A stretch of 64,000 bases of DNA, from positions 124,001-188,000 of the forward strand of contig RSEE01000069.1 in assembly GCA_003971905.1 (NCBI GenBank), in the 5' to 3' direction. Shown piece after piece: positions 59,261 through 64,000 of this stretch (position 1 is its first letter; every line of letters starts with the position of its first letter). Under the pieces are notes generated by a model. The model was not told the DNA's origin. It ran no database searches and was given only the letters and a program-made list of their open reading frames with translations. The stretch comes from Moniliella sp. 'wahieum' (taxonomy: Eukaryota). Position numbers and translations under genes: made by a program.

Positions 59261-61503
59261 TCAAAAGTCATCCTCGTCATCTTCCAGGTCCAGGTCGTCC
59301 ATAGCCTCGGCGGCGCGGTGCAGCTCATCCAGCCCCGTCAGCCGCTCAAGGTACCCCCATCCGCACACGTTCCACACCAACGTGTGGCCATCGTTGCGGT
59401 AAGCGTCGACCACGTGCTGGCTGCACGCCGTGCAGTGCGGATAAGCTTCCCCCGCCACCAGCATGTTGTTGAACTGGGCTAGGAACCCGCGCACCTGGTG
59501 CGGCACAAGTCCAAGGCAGCTGCCTGACTGCGTGCCGCCCCGTTGGGTGGGCGAGGCAGCGGCGCGCACGCCATCCGGATGCTGCAGCACTGACACCACC
59601 AGTTCCACCGCACTTGCCCCGGCCACCCCGGCCAGACCGGGACGAGAAACGGTGCACATCTCGTCCAGCGTGCGGTCCGACAGAGTCAGCGGGCGCCACC
59701 ACGTCGTTACAAAAGTAGCACCCCAGTCGTTTCGGTGGCGGCGCAGAGGGTTCTGCATCCACCAGTGGCGTGGGCGGTGCCTCTTCCGGCCCAGCCCCGT
59801 GGCGCATCACGACAAACGTGTCGAACCCCAAAGCGGCATTGATGACAATTTGTTCTTAGCTGCTCCCAACAGGGTGGGCAACCAGCGAGACTCGCGTGTG
59901 TCCATCAGGAGGAAGAGCACGTCGTGCTCGTCAACCAACTTCTCGATCAGCGTTAGTTCCTCTGTCACGCGCTTCTTCGATCCCTCGGGCACAGGATGCG
60001 AAGGCATGGGGATCGAAACGTTGTACCCAGTTGCCGTGACGCCAGGGTAAATCTTGCGCAGCTTCTCGGCCGCTGTCGGTGCCTTCCACTTGCCCCCATC
60101 GAGACAGTCTTCAAACTCGTACAGTGGCTGCCGCACGGGATTGGAGTAGGATACCCGTCCGTTATCAATCAAGGTGATGTGCTTCGCTCCCCAGCCAAGC
60201 AGCGTGCGTGCCACATAGCACCCCAATGTGGGCACCAAACAGAAGGAACTTGGCTTCCTCCATCTTGGTCAAGTCGATCGACGGCATCAGACGCCAACGC
60301 ATGAGTTTAAGATTCAATCCCACCGCTTGGTCTGCCAGACTGGTGGGGTTCATCAGCGGACCCAAGTCGGTCACCTTGGCCCCCAACTTGCCCGCCGCAT
60401 TCCGTTCCCACCCAAACGCTGGGGCGCCGTCGGAACGAGAGAGCTGCGTGGGATCGGTAACGGGAGGCTCCCCTCTTTTGGCAACCAGGGCGTGGGCGCC
60501 TCGCCAGAAGGAAGGAAGGCGGTCACCGATGAGACTACGGACGTCCCCCTCTGTGGTTTCAGAAGCGAGCAGGGAGTTGTCATCGAGCCAGCGAAGAACA
60601 CGGATCTGGGTCACTCCAAAACGCACTCGCAACAGCAACAACAGGTTGCGCAAAGGCCAACCAGGATCCGATGACGAAGGGTCAAACCCGACGATACGCT
60701 ACGCAACCAGTCAGAGTACAATCCATGCGATAAGGCGAAGAACGCAGTAGGAGAAAAGGGGGGGATGTGAGATGCGTACCTCATCGGCAGGAGTGGTGGC
60801 AAAAAACTCATTGAATTCGGATACTCGAGCCAACTGGGCCGTCCCTTCCTCCTTGCGGAGAAGAAAAGCACCCCCAGCCGGTCATTGGCTGCACCGAGGA
60901 AAGAAGGAAGAACGGTACCCACGCCTTGAAGAAAGTCAACGCCCAGAGTGCTGGCGCTTTCCCACGGGGAAGCAGTCCATTTGGGTTCAGTTGCGATCGC
61001 CGGTACAGCAAGAGGTAGAAAAACTTGTACTTTTGAGATCAGCGAACGCCAGAACGAAAAACCGAGTCAAAAAGTGCTCAGGTTCCTCGCTTTCCAGCAG
61101 TCCCAATGCCATCTACATAAGGTCAGCATTACCGCAAGAGCCAATACAGGTAAGGGGAATGGAGGCGTACCTCAGTGGCAAGAGCGTGGAAACGAGCGAC
61201 CTTATCAGCATGGCTAAAGGCCTCAATGGTATTAAAGTTCTTGAGAGTAGCCCTGACCGGGATACGCAGAGGCTCAAACGACGCATTGGGGTCAAACGCA
61301 TCACCCTCGACAGAAAGTGAAGAAGCTAGGGTGACTCCAGCATCTTTGCTCTGCCGTCCACTGGTATATGACGCCGACAAGGGCACCTCAGCATCCGATA
61401 GTTGCAGCTCGTTCACTTTCAGGGAAGCAAACTCGTGCCAAAACTCAGGGGACACCTTGGAAGTAAAGGGTGCGAAGTGAATGAGCTTGGCGGAATCGCT
61501 CAT
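59261..61503 (-). CDS. ATG7: Autophagy E1-like activating enzyme Atg7 (frameshifted)
   Basis: [68 protein letters not shown], catalytic [10 protein letters not shown]. Introns 61113-61170 and 60699-60779. Confidence 0.97.
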
Positions 61504-62332
61504 TGTGAATGAAGATATGCGCCGAGAGACTGAGGATTGAGGTCTAGCGGGGGCGCCTGGGCTGAGGTGGTGGTTGTGGAGGTGATTGGATCGAATTGAA
61601 CTAGGGGATGGATATAAAGGGGGCCGCCGCGGCGCCACGGGTATTATGTCAGCACGCATCGCCGCCAGTGCCAGTTTACCCCGCATGCATCACCCAGCTC
61701 GCCTTGTGGGCTGGCTTTTGCGATATTAGTACGATAGTACGCCGTCGGCAGTTGGGAGGATGGGACGCAGAAGGACATGGCCCCACAAGGCGGGATGAGC
61801 ACCACCTCAATTTTCCCTTTCCAGTGTGCCATTAGAACTGTGGGTCATCACCATCATCGACGCCATCACTCATCCATCTTCATCGCACGCAGCCGCATCT
61901 TATATGTTCGTATGCTATAAGTATACCCTTCGTTTCTCTCCCCTTTCTTTGTTTTTGGTGCGTCTCTGTCAGTAGGGAACGATAAACCCTTACGAAGCTG
62001 CACCCTACTTGCATCTTTCCTGAACTGCAGCTAGAATAGAATGATGCGGAGCGAGGGAGAACAAGAAAAGGCAGAAATGGTCACTGCCGTCCGACAGCTC
62101 TGCAATTTCTATGCATAAGCTCCACTTCTTTCTCGGACACCCCACCCACACATTGCTCAACATCCGCTATCGTGTGGCAATCACAGGAGAGATATACTAT
62201 CCGCATCAAGATTTTCCGTAATACCCCTTCACTCCAGGCAGATGTTTCCACACCATCATCACCTTCGTTGCCTCACCGCCACCACACACACATTGTTCCC
62301 TGTCACGCCACTCCTTCAACCGGTTCCATTCA

Positions 62333-63732
62333 ATGAACGCCACGGACCTCTTCGTTCCTGCACCAGAGGGTGTTGTAGTTCATCTACCACCTTTGCTAAC
62401 CAAGGAAGAGTTTCATTCCCTTATGTACCGCGGCATGTATTTCGCCGCAACGTTGACCCTCTGGGCGTGGGAGTAAGTCATATCCCTACATCATGCCCAC
62501 ATGTGCTCTTCCATCTCTCTGATGGAGCTTCACTGTGAATGCTAACCCCTCACACCTCACATTTTTGCACCTCAAAGCATGATTTTAACCCTCGGGGCGG
62601 AGTTGGAGATGTATCGCAAGCGAGGCTGGAATTGGCAGGTCACACCTCCGTTCCTCATGGTGCGTTACCTCACCCCCGTGTCGATCGTATTGTACATCAT
62701 TGTAGTACGACAGGAAAGTTGGACGACGCGCAGTTGCTTCCTCACTGGCCGATTTGGGCTCTACTTGAGCACGGTTGTCACATCTGCCGCCACTGCTCTG
62801 TTTGGGCTGCGTACCTGCATCATGTGGCACCGTCGACACGTTGTTCTCCTTCTCGTTCTCTTCCTTGGGTCACCCAGATTGTTGTGAACTTTGTTGTGGC
62901 CAACTGGGTCCGCCCATTTGCAACTCTCAATGGCTTTTGCGTTTTCCACATGTCGCAGCACCATGCTGTTTATTGGTACGCTCTCCTCTATGCTTTGCAT
63001 CCGCTCACGCGATATGCTAACTATCGCATTTGCCAGGGTCTTTTTCTGGTCAACATGGGCGTTGATGCCATCCTGATTGTGCTTGCTACCTGCGCTCTCG
63101 TATTCGACCTGAATGCTCGTAAAGTTGTCTTCATTGGCCCCAAGCTCCACCGGGCACAAATGCGATTGATGCAAGAAGGATTATTTACTACGTCTGCGCC
63201 TTGCTCGTCAATCTACTCAACCTGATCTTTTACCTCCTCCCTTCTCTCAGTGCTTGGGCCGACATCAACACCACCCTCGCCACCGCCTTGACCTCCGTCT
63301 GTGCCACCCGCCTGGTTCTGCACAAAATCACAGTCGACAGCGACTGGCGCCACTTGTTCGGTCGGTGGCAACAGCAGCCGCTCTGACCCCCCCATCGCAC
63401 CACCCCCTCGCCCCTCTTCTTCCTACGCTCTCAGAGAAAAGGCGGATGATACCTTCCTTCCTCTGCCTGTCCTCTCGCCCCCTCCTGCCACAGCCCCGGT
63501 CTCTACTGTCCCAGTGCCCGCCTCCGCCCCCATCGCTTACACGCTCGAGACCCGTGTCCTCCATACCGCCGGCGAATCACCGCCACCCTCGAAACAGAGG
63601 ACGCAACCTGGTTGTCAAAAGGTTACGTCCCGGCCTTGGACACGCTCGACCCTTCCTTCCCCCCAGCTCCCACTCTTTCCCAGGCTGAGCCGGCGTTCGC
63701 TTCCTCCGCTCTGCCCCTCTAGGATGGTATAA
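62333..63732 (+). CDS. Multi-pass membrane protein of the basidiomycete DUF6533 type (frameshifted)
   Basis: YFAATLTLWAWE|MILTLGAELEMYRKR..FLMVRY, LFGLRT..W, LMQEGLFYY, ALTSVCATRLVL; about 7 hydrophobic segments. Introns 62473-62577 and 62976-63036. Confidence 0.8.
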
Positions 63733-64000
63733 GACATCAATTGTATGAATCCCCCTTCCCCCTTTATTTTGTTGGGGAGAGTTTTTGTTCCACATCTCTT
63801 ACCTTGTCACTGGCCGTTGTCTTCATGTCCTGTCCTTTCCTTTCACCAATGTTTGGCAGCACCCAACACCACGGGTTGTATGTACTTTCCCCCCCTTTTG
63901 TCTTCTATGAATCCGAATTAAGCCTTCCTACTAGCTGCCAACATCCACAGCTCGGCAAGCTTCTCGCTTTCACCTTCACATGCATCACTTCTTTCAGCAG

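Noticed and set aside
1..64000. Hundreds of overlapping antisense and alternative-frame ORFs in the supplied track; transposons; rRNA and snRNA genes; TPP riboswitch
   Set aside because: The ORFs are GC-rich shadows called with non-ATG starts and without splicing. I found no transposase, RT or integrase motifs, terminal repeats, or rRNA, snRNA or riboswitch signatures by eye.

Overview
GC-rich eukaryotic genomic DNA from a basidiomycete fungus. It is intron-poor with GTRNGY...CTRAC...YAG introns, and an Ustilaginomycotina-like lineage is my inference. I recognise about 28 protein-coding loci and one tRNA-Ala(AGC). The left two-thirds is mostly housekeeping: MIC10, LSM4, CYC2-like reductase, frataxin, a flavin-reductase-domain protein, RGD1, VTI1, SFT2, PAN3, TIM44, a DAG-lipase-like protein and a bZIP factor. 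The right third holds a sid1/SidA-type ornithine N5-monooxygenase, a fatty-acid-hydroxylase-clan P450, an alpha/beta hydrolase, a secreted protein, ATG7 and a DUF6533-type membrane protein. Almost every gene, including essential ones, is broken by 1-nt frameshifts, most likely unpolished long-read errors. Gene models were therefore stitched by eye across frames and introns, coordinates are outer gene spans, and the supplied ORF track is largely spurious. Most notable observations: (1) a candidate NRPS-free hydroxamate/lipid mini-cluster (sid1-P450-hydrolase) behind a 3.9-kb promoter carrying an ATCAGATAA iron-repressor site and shared with a bZIP gene; (2) an unannotated sororin-like protein; (3) a decayed Ctr copper transporter; (4) a PAN3 with several PAM2-like motifs and no visible zinc finger; (5) a pervasive family of intergenic 7-nt tandem repeats, mostly a 6-bp palindrome plus 1 nt. 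Family assignments come from recalled motifs, not database searches.
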